NCBI RefSeq assembly: GCF_001194135.2
Contig: NC_068984.1
Span: 78,455,643-78,492,781, forward strand
Source of the DNA: Octopus bimaculoides
Lineage: Eukaryota
Length of the DNA stretch: 37,139 nucleotides
Direction of reading: 5' to 3'
In this document: positions 1-10,922 of the stretch, piece after piece
Layout: each line of letters opens with the position of its first letter
Position numbering within the stretch: the first letter of the stretch is position 1
Notes under the pieces: generated by a model
Told to the model about the DNA's origin: nothing
The model's input: only the letters and a program-made list of their open reading frames with translations
The model's database searches: none
Made by a program: the position numbers and the translations under genes

Positions 1-30
1 GAAAGCGGACGTTAAACGATGATGATGATG
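1..30 (+). mobile_element. 3' tail end of an RTE-family element, truncated by the window edge
   Basis: gaaagcggacgttaaacgatgatgatg is identical to the tail at 16983-17010. Confidence 0.8.
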
Positions 31-46
31 ATATATATATATATAG

Positions 47-306
47 CTGACAGCAGAACTCGAGGCAATTCAGCGTCACTATACAAAAAAGATCGCCACA
101 GTCCAGCAGATGAACTACAGGGAGCGACTGAAGGCACTAAGTCTCTACTCCCTGGAGCGCAGGCGGGAGAGATATGTAATACTTTACATATGGAAAATAC
201 TGGAAAGACTGGTACCAAACTTTGGCATCAAGTACTACACGAATGCTCGCACAGGTCGCCACTGCATAGTACTAAGGCTACCGTCCACTGCATCTAGAAG
301 ACACGC
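47..306 (+). mobile_element. CR1/L2-like LINE ORF2 C-terminal fragment
   Basis: Open frame LTAELEAIQRHYTKKIATVQQMNYRERLKALSLYSLERRRERYVILYIWKILERLVPN matches the typical post-RT motif (LE.IQR..TK...Y.ERL..L..YSLERRR) of CR1/L2-type LINEs. Confidence 0.85.
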
Positions 307-344
307 CAATATGGAAAATGGATATTAAAAGATGATGATGATGA

Positions 345-384
<40 letters not shown>

Positions 385-406
385 TCTCACATATATTTAT
401 GTATAT

Positions 407-505
407 GGTTGTGTGATTAAGTAGTTTGTTCCACAACCGTGTGGTTTCATGTCCGTTCCTAGTATGCAGTAATTTAGGCAGGTGTCTCCTTCAGTTGCCT
501 CAAGT
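407..505 (+). mobile_element. Degraded tRNA-derived SINE head (family A)
   Basis: Diverged match to the head of 17563-17730 (ggttgtgtgattaagtagtttgtt...ggcaggtgtctcct). Confidence 0.5.
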
Positions 506-929
506 GACTGTTTAAAAAGTTTTCTTGGTGGCTTGTACTAGCAAAGAGTTGTAACTGGCACTGCAGAGTACTATTTCTAGTTGTAAATCACAGTTGTTAA
601 TGAACTAAGCTAAATCTTTATAAGCCCTCAAAGCTGTTGATACTATCTTTTTCATCTCATTCCAACCTCTCAGTAAATAAATAAATAAATAAAAAAGACC
701 ACCCCTCTAAAAAATATTAAAAAGCACAGAATGCCATCTGACTGATTTGTAAACTTTTAGTTGCAAACACACAGACACATATTTCTTGTTTCTTCTGCTA
801 CCAGTTATTGCTTCTCTTTAACTATCAAATCATGTTCTTCTTTCCATTCCCCCATTCATTTACTGCTCTTGTGTTCTTGTCATCTTTAGTGTGGTATGTG
901 GTGTATCTATCTTGCTCCTTACAACAAAC

Positions 930-1013
930 CTTGCACTGAATATTTCCCTGCTAGACATGCCCGGAGCTGCAAACAGCCATCTTGATCTCCTTCACTACTC
1001 ATATTTTGTTTAC
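930..1013 (-). other. Candidate 84-nt exon, open in phase 1 (KQNMSSEGDQDGCLQLRACLAGKYSVQ)
   Basis: Minus-strand acceptor tctgttgattgcttgtag and donor AAG|gtttgt; length is a multiple of 3; no homologue recognised. Confidence 0.3.
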
Positions 1014-1644
1014 CTACAAGCAATCAACAGACAGAAATTCTAACTGAATTATAGGTGAAAGCATGACTGAACAGTTATAAAAATTGGCCTCAATATCATG
1101 ATCTTCTGGGTTCAATCTCACTGCATAGCATATTGTGTAAGAGTCTTCCATTGAGAAATGGAAACCAGTATAATGTCCCTTCTCTGTTTTTTTTTTTTTT
1201 TTTTTTTTGTTAAAACGGAAACAATGCTACAAGAATTGGTAGGGCTATAGTTATCATTTATTGAGCCCTTCCCAGTATATTACTAGTGCTAGCGTTAACG
1301 ATTCCAGAGGATCAGATATAGAGTTGACCACAGTTGGATGAACAGGTATGGAAACAAATACTAAGAGGTATTTTGCACTGGACATTACTATCTCTATGAA
1401 TCATTCTTGTATATTGGAAAACACATTAAAATATGTGTGTTTATATAACAACTACACTCGAACATATTGTGTATTTTGATAGTTTTTGTTTACTAAGTAA
1501 CCATGGTGTTCTCTACCTCCATTTATAGTGAGGCGTTATGTGCCATTGGCCATTTGATTCTGATGAGTCACCTATACAACTAAGCACTTTATAGATGCAA
1601 AAACCAATGGTCTTTCTGCCCTGCCATAACAACCAACTTTGAAT

Positions 1645-1717
1645 AATTATATATGTATATATGTATGCATGTATGTAAGTGTGTGTGTGTGTGTATGTGT
1701 GTATGTATATATATATA

Positions 1718-1789
<72 letters not shown>

Positions 1790-1973
1790 TGTGTGTATAT
1801 ATATATATATAAATACATAGATATACGTATGTATGTGTGCATATATATATATAGATATATGCATATATATATAGAAATATATGTATATATATTCATATAT
1901 GTATATATATATGCATATATGTATATATGCATATATGTATGTATATATATGTGTATGTATGTATATATATATG

Positions 1974-2014
<41 letters not shown>
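1645..2014. repeat. Compound (TA)n/(TG)n/(TATG)n microsatellite ending at a gap
   Basis: Directly visible. Confidence 0.95.
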
Positions 2015-2158
2015 NNNNNNNNNNNNNNNNNNNNNNNATATATATTTGATAAATAAATTCAAAAAGGGATAAAACTCTTTTACAGGAATTTTATCAAGAA
2101 GCCAGTGTGTAAAAAAATTTGTAAGGGAAATTTCTATTCCCAAGAATATAATTATTCG

Positions 2159-2257
2159 TATATATTTATATAAAGGGCATTATTACAGAAAAATAACAGA
2201 AGTCCACTGTGTGGCGTTGTTATTTTTCTGTAATAATCCCCTTTATATAAATATATA
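2159..2257. repeat. 99-nt foldback with 40-bp arms, 39/40 complementary
   Basis: 2159-2198 is the reverse complement of 2218-2257 except for one C/C mismatch; inner ccac/gtgg also pair around tgt. Confidence 0.95.
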
Positions 2258-2395
2258 TATATATATGTGTATGTGTGTATGTATATGTATGTGTGTGCAT
2301 ATGTGTGTATGAATGTATATATGTGTGTATGTATATGTGTGTGTATTTATGTATGTGTGTATATATATGTATATATATATATGTATGTATGTATG

Positions 2396-2610
2396 CCCTT
2401 TCTATTATAGGCACAAGTCTGAAACTTTGGGGCTGAGGTTTAGTTGATTACATTGACCCCAGTGCACAACTGGAACTTACTTCATCAACCTCAAAAAGAC
2501 GAAAGGCAAAGTTAACCTCAGTGGAATTTGAACTGAGGTCATACAAATGGACAAAATACCATTAAGCATTTCATCCGGTGTGTTGACAGTTCTGCCAGTT
2601 CATTGCCTTA
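2396..2610 (-). mobile_element. tRNA-derived SINE, family B
   Basis: Colinear with the units at 12994-14298; (TATG)n on both sides. Confidence 0.85.
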
Positions 2611-2634
2611 TGTATGTATGCATGTCAACATTAT

Positions 2635-2810
2635 TTTAGTGTCCTCTTTTTCATGCATGCATGGTTTGGACAGAATTTTTTAAAGATGACCTTTCTGTCA
2701 CCATCGTTCGCCTGTTTCTGAGTAAGGAAACCAGACATGTTTTCACTTGTTTACAACTATCGCATAATGTCAAAGCAAGGAGACAGTAACAACACAAATA
2801 CTCGTCACTG
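2635..2810 (-). mobile_element. Degraded SINE 3' module with an RTE-like tail (module T)
   Basis: Similar to 21610-21830 and 34430-34660 (catgcatgg...ccagacatgttttc...ttacaactatc...gtcaaagcaagg). Confidence 0.65.
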
Positions 2811-2814
2811 CACA

Positions 2815-2989
2815 TATATTTTTTCTCTCTTTGTTTCCCTCCTTGTTTCTTTCTGTGTTCCTTTCTGTTGAAGAGCGTAGGCTCGAAACGTTAAAGACTT
2901 TCTCTATTCCCGAGCGTTATACTAATACATCCATTTGTTGTCTACACCACCTGTCTTCGTCCGTTGTTTTTTCGTGAATTCTCCCATAT
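2815..2989 (+). mobile_element. Penelope-like element terminal repeat (pLTR) fragment
   Basis: Contains the PLE-type motif ctg.tgaagagc...gctcgaaacgt followed by a pyrimidine-rich tract; ends at the gap. Confidence 0.65.
2861..2896 (+). ncRNA. Minimal type I hammerhead ribozyme motif, PLE-type variant
   Basis: Stem I CUUU/AAAG, core CUGUUGA-A, stem II GAGC-GUAG-GCUC, GAAAC, then GUU cleavage triplet; stem III reduced to the palindrome AACGUU. Confidence 0.65.
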
Positions 2990-3619
2990 NNNNNNNNNNN
3001 NNNNNNNNNNNNNNNNNNNNNNNNNNNNNNNNNNNNNNNNNNNNNNNNNNNNNNNNNNNNNNNNNNNNNNNNNNNNNNNNNNNNNNNNNNNNNNNNNNNN
3101 NNNNNNNNNNNNNNNNNNNNNNNNNNNNNNNNNNNNNNNNNNNNNNNNNNNNNNNNNNNNNNNNNNNNNNNNNNNNNNNNNNNNNNNNNNNNNNNNNNNN
3201 NNNNNNNNNNNNNNNNNNNNNNNNNNNNNNNNNNNNNNNNNNNNNNNNNNNNNNNNNNNNNNNNNNNNNNNNNNNNNNNNNNNNNNNNNNNNNNNNNNNN
3301 NNNNNNNNNNNNNNNNNNNNNNNNNNNNNNNNNNNNNNNNNNNNNNNNNNNNNNNNNNNNNNNNNNNNNNNNNNNNNNNNNNNNNNNNNNNNNNNNNNNN
3401 NNNNNNNNNNNNNNNNNNNNNNNNNNNNNNNNNNNNNNNNNNNNNNNNNNNNNNNNNNNNNNNNNNNNNNNNNNNNNNNNNNNNNNNNNNNNNNNNNNNN
3501 NNNNNNNNNNNNNNNNNNNNNNNNNNNNNNNNNNNNNNNNNNNNNNNNNNNNNNNNNNNNNNNNNNNNNNNNNNNNNNNNNNNNNNNNNNNNNNNNNNNN
3601 NNNNNNNNNNNNNNNNNNN
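2990..3619. other. Assembly gap (N)
   Basis: N run; the other gaps are 2015-2037, 4421-4520, 19470-19591 and 29340-30010. Confidence 1.
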
Positions 3620-3669
<50 letters not shown>

Positions 3670-4115
3670 GTGTGTGTGTGTGTGTATAGAAATGGCGTAC
3701 TCTGAATATATAAGGTAATGTAATCTAATGGTAGTAAGAAATCTGCAAATTAGGTACTCTAAAACCAGTCAGAAGGACAGGTCCGTGTGAGCAGGCAGTA
3801 AAGTGCATGTGTGTGTGTGTGTTTAAAAAAAGCAAACTGTGTGTGTGTGTATAAAAAAAGCAAACAGTGTTTTGAATCCATATGGATTCAAAAACTGAGT
3901 TTCTGATTTTTATGTATGAGGTATCAAAAAATTCAATAATCTTTTAAATACCGAATAAAGTATGTTTTATTCACAACTCTTTTTTACTACAAAAATAACC
4001 TTGTAAACAAGGTTGGGTCACACAATTTTGAGCTCTTTAGGTAAGGGAGGCAACTCTGCCGGACACAATACTTAACAACAAATGTAAACACACACACACA
4101 CACACACACACACAT

Positions 4116-4240
4116 TAGGTGCAAGAATGACTGTGTGGTTGAGAAGTTTGCTTCCCAATCACATGGTTCAGTGTTTTCTACTACAGCGCTAGGTCAACCA
4201 CACACTTGTGACTGAATTTGGTAGATGGAAACTGCAACAT
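4116..4240 (+). mobile_element. SINE family A head, internally deleted
   Basis: tgtgtggttgagaagtttgcttcccaatcacatgg...tttggtagatggaaactg matches 17575-17712. Confidence 0.75.
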
Positions 4241-4363
4241 TTTTCATCTGGAAATGACCAGAAAAAATGTTTATAAAGAAGAGTTGTTTGCTTCATACTC
4301 CTCATGTGCCTATTCTGCTCATAAGAAAGAAACAAATAATAGAATGTGGCTGTAGGTCATAGC

Positions 4364-4392
4364 ACCCAGGCAACACCAGGGTGTATTGCTAG
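4364..4392 (+). mobile_element. Helitron-type 3' terminus
   Basis: Degenerate hairpin acccaggcaacaccagggt, then 6 nt, then CTAG followed by T and (TA)n. Confidence 0.55.
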
Positions 4393-4777
4393 TATAATAT
4401 ATATATATATATATATATATNNNNNNNNNNNNNNNNNNNNNNNNNNNNNNNNNNNNNNNNNNNNNNNNNNNNNNNNNNNNNNNNNNNNNNNNNNNNNNNN
4501 NNNNNNNNNNNNNNNNNNNNTATTATTACTATATCTTCAGTATATCCTGAGATGAAATACTGTTATTTTTCAATTGTTTTTGTTTTAATATTTAGCATCG
4601 CTAATTGAGTTTCATCAGTGAGTTGATGGGGGCTGCACAATTCTGATTACCACCCTTTCAAATTTGTTGTTTTTGGCACCACTGAAGAAAAACATGTATG
4701 AGCATTTTCTAAAAGATTCTAAATAAGGCCTTTGTTGTATTTCTACAACTCTTTGGATGGTTGTTTATATTATTTCT

Positions 4778-4903
4778 TCATCATCATTTAACGTCTGTTT
4801 TCCATGCTGGCATGGGTTGGACGATTTGACAACAGCTGACCAGCTGAAGGGCTGTCTGTTTTGACATGGGTTTTACGTCTGGATGCCCTTCCTAACACCA
4901 AAA
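4778..4903 (-). mobile_element. RTE 3' UTR/tail fragment
   Basis: catcatttaacgtctgttttccatgctggcatgggttggacg...ggatgcccttcctaacacca matches 36690-36830. Confidence 0.8.
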
Positions 4904-6259
4904 ACAAGAGAGTGAATTAGGTTCTGCTGAGATTTGTGGACATTTAAGTGCCTAACTCTTGCAGTATAAATTCTTAATTCCATATGTGAGATTATGAAAG
5001 AAGTGCCCTGAGGATGGGATGTGACAGTGCCTCCATTCATATTTCTTGTCTTCATGATTTTCTTTATACCAAAGTTTGGATTTGGTGTATATAAAGAGCT
5101 AGATTGGACTGAATCACAAAAAGATTTCCTTGTAAGAATGTTCGTGGGTCATGAAGAATTTTGCAGATGTGTATTTTAATTATATACCTTTCTATAATAT
5201 GTGTGCTATTCTATCGCATAAGTACAAGGAGGAATAAATACTCATGCATTAATCCACAAAAGAACAAACACACATACACAGAAACTCAAGCACATATGTA
5301 CGCATCCATATACATGAAAACACACACCTCCACACAAAAATATATCCATATTTTATTGTTAGTGTGTGTGTGTGTGTGTGTGTAAAATTTTTGCCATTCT
5401 TCATCATCCTAAGCAACTTGATAATCTCATGGAATTCTGTTTGTGGAATTTGGTTTCCATGATGTATGCAACGATCACAGAAGCTACCGTTTGAAACACA
5501 TAACCTATTTAGAAAGTTTTCTTTTACTGATTACTGATATATAATATCTAGCAAGATTCAACCATACCAAAAATCCTAAACATTGCTAATCTCCCACAAA
5601 TAAAAAAAAAAAGAAAAATGACTCCCCCTCCAACCATACACACACAGACAGACAGACAGACACACACACACACACACACACACACAAATACACATACATC
5701 CAATTGAGCCAGTAAGGGAGGCCTTTAATTGATTGCTAAGTCTGCTAGAAATAGAACTCAAATTGCCCTCAGATTACATCTTACCATCTTAAGAAAAATG
5801 GAAGGAAAAATTGGATAATGTCAGTCCTAGATGAATAAATCTGATGGGATGGTCCTGACTGGAACACATTTGATCTTTGTTCTGCTTAGTCTGGGCTAAG
5901 TTTAGGATAGATAGCTATAGCAACATCTGTCCCTTTCTTTCTAGTAAATTTCATTCATAAAAATGTGGTTGACCTGAGGCTGTTATAGAAGTTGCTTGAC
6001 AAAGGATTGAACTCAGAACTACATAGTTTGTGAAACAAAATTCTTAACCACATAGCCATAATTGTCTCCCTGCTCATCACCTGATTGATGTAAACAAGGT
6101 TCTATAAACTTTCTCATCACTGGAATGGTTGGTAGCAGGTTAAGCAGGTGGTGTGTTAGCATTAGACAAGATCAAACATAGTGTCAAGGCTAGCTGAAGT
6201 AATTTCAGCTATGTTGTTGGTATGGTCAGTCAGTTAGTTTTCCCCCTGGATTTGAGACT

Positions 6260-6560
6260 GAGTGGTGAGGAGATAGATAGAGAAATAAATTGACTGAGCA
6301 ATAGATGTAGATATATAGACAGATAGCATAGACAGATATATTTGAAAGAAAAATAGGTAGATAGATAAGACAGATAGATTGAGAGACATATATTTGCTAG
6401 AGAAATAGTTAGATTGAGGGATATAGATGTATACGACAAGTGTTTGCTAGAGAAATGGACAGAGAAAAAGATGTACATAGAGACATGATTTTATTGGCTA
6501 GAGAAATACATCGATAGAGAAATAAAGTAGTAGACTGAGTTCTGGATATAGATAGAAAGA
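6260..6560. repeat. Degenerate (AGAT/AGAC)n low-complexity tract
   Basis: Directly visible. Confidence 0.8.
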
Positions 6561-6941
6561 TATAATTGAATTTCTAATATAATATGGTACAAAAGCGCAT
6601 GCACACACACACACACACACACATGTATATTTATGTGTTGATAGCCTCTTAGATATACTAAAAAAGTGAGGCAATCTTTACTTGTAGATAGTAAAATAAA
6701 TGATTTATATCTATATGTATGTACACAATTATTTGTATTTATCAATAACCAGTCAAATATGACAATGTTCTTAACCTAGGTTGTCTTCCAGAATATTTGT
6801 TTTGAGAATAAACATAAGAAAATAATTTGAACAGCTAGTTTAAAAAAGAATATATATGAAAATAATGAAATATAAAATTAAATTTAACATTAAAAGAAAT
6901 TGTTTGTTGAAGAGTAATATCTACACCCCACCCCCTATTTC

Positions 6942-7165
6942 TTCATCATTATTTAATGTCCATGTTCCATGCTGGCATGGATTTGGATAGTGTGACAGGA
7001 TCTGATGGGCCCAAGGCCTGCATTGTGCTTCGGTATCTGCTTTGGCATCATTTCTTTTGTTGGATGCCCTTTCTAAAATGCCAACCAATTTACAGAATGT
7101 ATTGAGTGATTTTTTTCCTTTTCTTGCTACCAACGCAAGTGAGGTCACCTTGCAGCTTGTAAAAT
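6942..7165 (-). mobile_element. RTE 3' UTR/tail fragment, old
   Basis: catcattatttaatgtccatgttccatgctggcatgg...ggatgccctttctaaaatgccaacc. Confidence 0.75.
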
Positions 7166-7779
7166 TATGATCATCTAGTTAAGAGGGAGAACTTTACGCT
7201 AGCAGAATAAAGAATATAGTAGGGTTAAAATTTGAGGGAAAAGTGCCAGAGTAGAACAGGTTTTTTTGCTGTACAAGTGCTACATGTCTATACACTTTTT
7301 TATGAGAGGGTGGGATTGATGAAGCTGAAAAGTGAAAAAAAAAAATAATGGTGATGAGGTTAGGTGGACCTTTTAGGTCCAAGGTAAATAGGAATGAGTG
7401 GAGCATAGTCATCATCATGGTATCCCAGAACAAGAAAACTGAGCTGCCATTTTGCTATCACCAACATGTGTCTCTGCTAGCTGACTTTATGCTATTCCTT
7501 GTTAATATCATTCTATAAACATAACTGAAATATTTAATGTCACAGGAGCTGCAAACCAAAAGCAACAGAGATTATTCCTGTACATTGTGCTAGTATTACC
7601 TCCTATGTAACAACAGTTATGAGTTGTTGAGATACTGATTCCATCTAAATTGACCAGTGTGAATGATTCTTACTTATCTAATGATAACCAGCTGCATTTT
7701 GAAATTGTGATTGTCTCATCACTTAGAATTAAGTGGCTGAACAATCAGATGTGTTTTTTGTGTCTGGTTTCATGGCTAG

Positions 7780-8235
7780 GCATAGGCATGGCTGTGTGAT
7801 TATGTGCTGGCATGAGTGTGTCTTTAAGAAGGTCATTTCTTAGCTATGTAGTTTTGGGTTCAGTCACACTGTGGTACCTTGGTCAAATTTCTTCTACTAT
7901 GGCTCTAGGTTGGCCAGAGCCTTGTGAGTAAACTTGGTAGATGTGGAAACTGAAAGAAACCCATTGTGTGTAAGTACTTGTATGTGTTGGTGTATTTATG
8001 TCTCTTTGTCATCATATCTTGACATGTCTTAACATCATGTGTTAGTTGTAAACAAGTGTTACTATCTCACAAGCAGTGTCCTTCATTTTCAGTCTTCTGT
8101 GAAAATTTGTCTGGCTATGGAGAACTATAAACCTTGCTTAGAAACGGATGAGGACTGGCAACAGAAAGAGCATCAAATTGTAGAAAAACTGCCTCTACAA
8201 CTTCCCCCTCACTCATGGAAGCATGGAAAAATGTC
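7780..8235 (+). mobile_element. Composite SINE: family A head, GT-rich linker and module T tail
   Basis: Head ggcatggctgtgtg...ggaaactgaaagaaaccc followed by the tail ending catggaagcatggaaaaatg. Confidence 0.75.
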
Positions 8236-9087
8236 TGCTCCACCACATTGACCTCATAATCAGATAACTGATTTCGATATTATAACAAAGACAACCACAT
8301 CATCTGAACTGACCAGAGGAGGCCTAAATACAGAGGAGCAATTTAAAATTTTCTTTCAGATTCTCTTCCCTGTCTTCAAGGTGAATGTGTCCTACAGTCA
8401 CAAAACTTTAAGCAATGTGGAACTGAGTCAAACTGTTATTAAATACATTAAACTACAACCAAATGTATTGAGTGCTGCTTTCTTTTTCTGCATACACCCA
8501 CTAATGTCTGTGTGTGCCTCTCTCTCTATATATAGTCAATTTGAGGATGTCAAGTCCTCATTAGGGATTAAATAATCCAAAAATTTCACTGGTTAATCAC
8601 TATCATATAAGGAGAAAGTCTCGATATGTTAGGGATTATTATGGCAGATTCAATTTCTTTTCTTGAGCTTTATAATTTATAATTTATTTGTATTGTTTTT
8701 TATAAAAAACTTTCAACCTCATAATATCATACTAATAAATTAATTATATATCCAAAATTCTCCTTTTCTTTCTTTCATTATATATATTTATAGTTTCCGA
8801 TGCAAAATGCATTTCAGCTTCATAGGCCTCTTCCATGCCATGTACTCACAGCCAGCTGCCAGCCGTAAACCTAGATGAGAATTCATTTTATCTTATATAG
8901 GACAATTGAATAAAACATTCACTGATGTTTCGTTAAGTGACTTGGCTGAATAAAGGTCTGGTATATGTAAATGAAGCAGTGTTAAATTAGAATATCCATG
9001 TATGTATCAGCTCATTGTATATACACTTTTGTAGCACTATTAAAAGAGAACTCAATGCTGAATTGCAGAAGAAAATATCATCACGAC

Positions 9088-9330
9088 AACGACCACCACC
9101 ATCAACCTCAACACTTATTGTTCTTTTTTCCATGCTGACATGGGTTGGATGGTTTGATAAGCACAAATGATTCAGAGGATTCTGCCAGGTTCTGTGTCTG
9201 CTTTGGCATGGTTTCTACAGCAGGATGCCCCTCCTAACACCAACAGCTTAAAAAATTGTACTGGGTGTTTTTCATGTGACACCAGCACCAGTGAAGTCAC
9301 CAAGTATCTGCAAGATAAGACCCCCTTGAC
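9088..9330 (-). mobile_element. RTE 3' UTR/tail fragment
   Basis: ccatgctgacatgggttggatgg...ttctacagcaggatgcccctcctaacaccaac. Confidence 0.8.
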
Positions 9331-9431
9331 TGAGCAGGGTATAAAAAACTGGAAGAATAAGAAACTGTAAAAAAGGAAAAGGAGCAAGTGTTTTGCTGAA
9401 GAGGTGAATACATAGCTAGCCCACTTGGAAA

Positions 9432-9462
<31 letters not shown>

Positions 9463-9619
9463 AGAGAGAGAGAATGAAAGACATGGGAGATTCAGGTACA
9501 ACATGAATATAAAACAGAATTGGAGAGAGGAGCAGAAAAGGTGGATATTCTGTCATTATATGACAGCTAATAAATGGGTAAAAAAAAGGTAAAGACCCCA
9601 TTCCAACATGAATGATCAT

Positions 9620-9915
9620 GGGATTGTACCTAGAAAGTTACCCTTTGAAGCACAAGTCCAAGCAAGGTTATTTTATGGAAAACCAGCAATTGCCCATACA
9701 TACCAGCCTCCCCTCTCTACACCACTGATGTTATCCAAGGCAAAGGCTGATACAGCTTGCCACAAGTGACGTCACAACTCATTTCTACAGCTGGGTGAAC
9801 TGGAGAAATGTGAAATAAAGTGTCTTGCTCAAGAACACAACACACAGCCTGGTCTGGGAACCAAACTCATTACCTCATGATTGTGAGGCTGATGCTGTAA
9901 CCACTGAGCCCATAA
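9620..9915 (-). mobile_element. tRNA-derived SINE, family C
   Basis: Minus-strand head ggctcagtggttacagc...gagtttggttccc and central tgtgttcttgagcaagacactttatttcac; second copy at 22180-22420. Confidence 0.75.
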
Positions 9916-10817
9916 CATGGCTCTTTGGGTAATTACTTTATTTCACCTTCATATAAGCACAGAAGCAAATTGTGCTTTTTCTGGAGTTCTTTTACTATGA
10001 TTGAATTGTGGGGCATGTATGTCTTATTGGCTGTTATATTTGTGGTGTTTGTGTGTCCTCTTGAACATTTTGATGTATTCTTGTCTCTGTGCATATGATT
10101 GTGTGTGTTTGCTTGAATTGTTTGCTCTGTATGTGTATGCATATGTGTTTTACTGTTTCGTTATCAACAGAAGCAGTATTAATACCAAAAGGTAATCTTT
10201 ATATCCAACTTAAAATGGATGTCTTGTTAGAACACTGAATACTGTGTAATTAGCCCTAAGAGAGCCTCTCATATAGGTGCTTGGTGCATAAAAGCACACA
10301 CAGATCATAGCAGACGAAATTCATCTGTCATGGGCACCTGAATTTTTATATCACATGATTTCGATCTACTGGACCTCCTCAGTGGGAAGCACTGCTTACT
10401 GCATGCCAGTCAATTCTTGCTACGACAATATATAGAATTTCAGATGCTGAAATATATATATAAGTGTGTATCTGTGTGTGTGTGTGTGTGTGCATGCGTG
10501 CACATATATCTGTTTGTATTATATATATATATATATGCACACACATACAGGCATTCCCTCTATATCATAACTAGTAACTCTTCTAAATACAGTAGTCTAA
10601 CAACTATACTAGAAACTGACTGGATGAAGATAATCTATATGGAGCTCTAATTCATACAGTATAGTTGTGCATCTAACTGTACACGCAGGATTTATACATA
10701 ATATGTGTGTGTGTGTATACATATGTATGTATACACACATACACATTATATACATTTATGCATATGTATGTGTGTGCACCATGTATATTGATTGATATAA
10801 ATATGTCTATATACATA

Positions 10818-10922
10818 CGACGAGTGTATGAAAAGTTTTGAGCCTTGAAATCTTGTACCTTCATCAGTAGTCTTCTACCATGTTTTGTTTTTTGAGACTC
10901 AAGACTTTTCATACACCCCTCA
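10818..10922. mobile_element. 105-bp Tc1/mariner-type MITE
   Basis: 28-bp terminal inverted repeats (23/28 match; core gtgtatgaaaagt) with TA on both sides. Confidence 0.85.

Noticed and set aside
1278-1345. Possible exon ending CAG|gtatgg
   Set aside because: All three frames contain stops, and the sequence resembles a decayed family B SINE.
1513-2414. Long ORFs rich in YI/HT/VC
   Set aside because: These are translations of (TA)n, (CA)n and N tracts. The same applies to 2917-3705, 12091-12467, 19377-19708, 28287-29294 (microsatellite part) and 29260-30231.
8039-8251. 70-aa ORF that looks protein-like
   Set aside because: It lies within SINE module T, the same sequence as 21610-21830 in reverse.
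8360-10191. Plus-strand micro-exon candidates of 21 nt (8360-8380, 10171-10191), plus one of 15 nt at 18389-18403
   Set aside because: The splice signals are plausible, but such short AG...GT pairs are expected by chance in T-rich DNA and no chain gave a recognisable protein.
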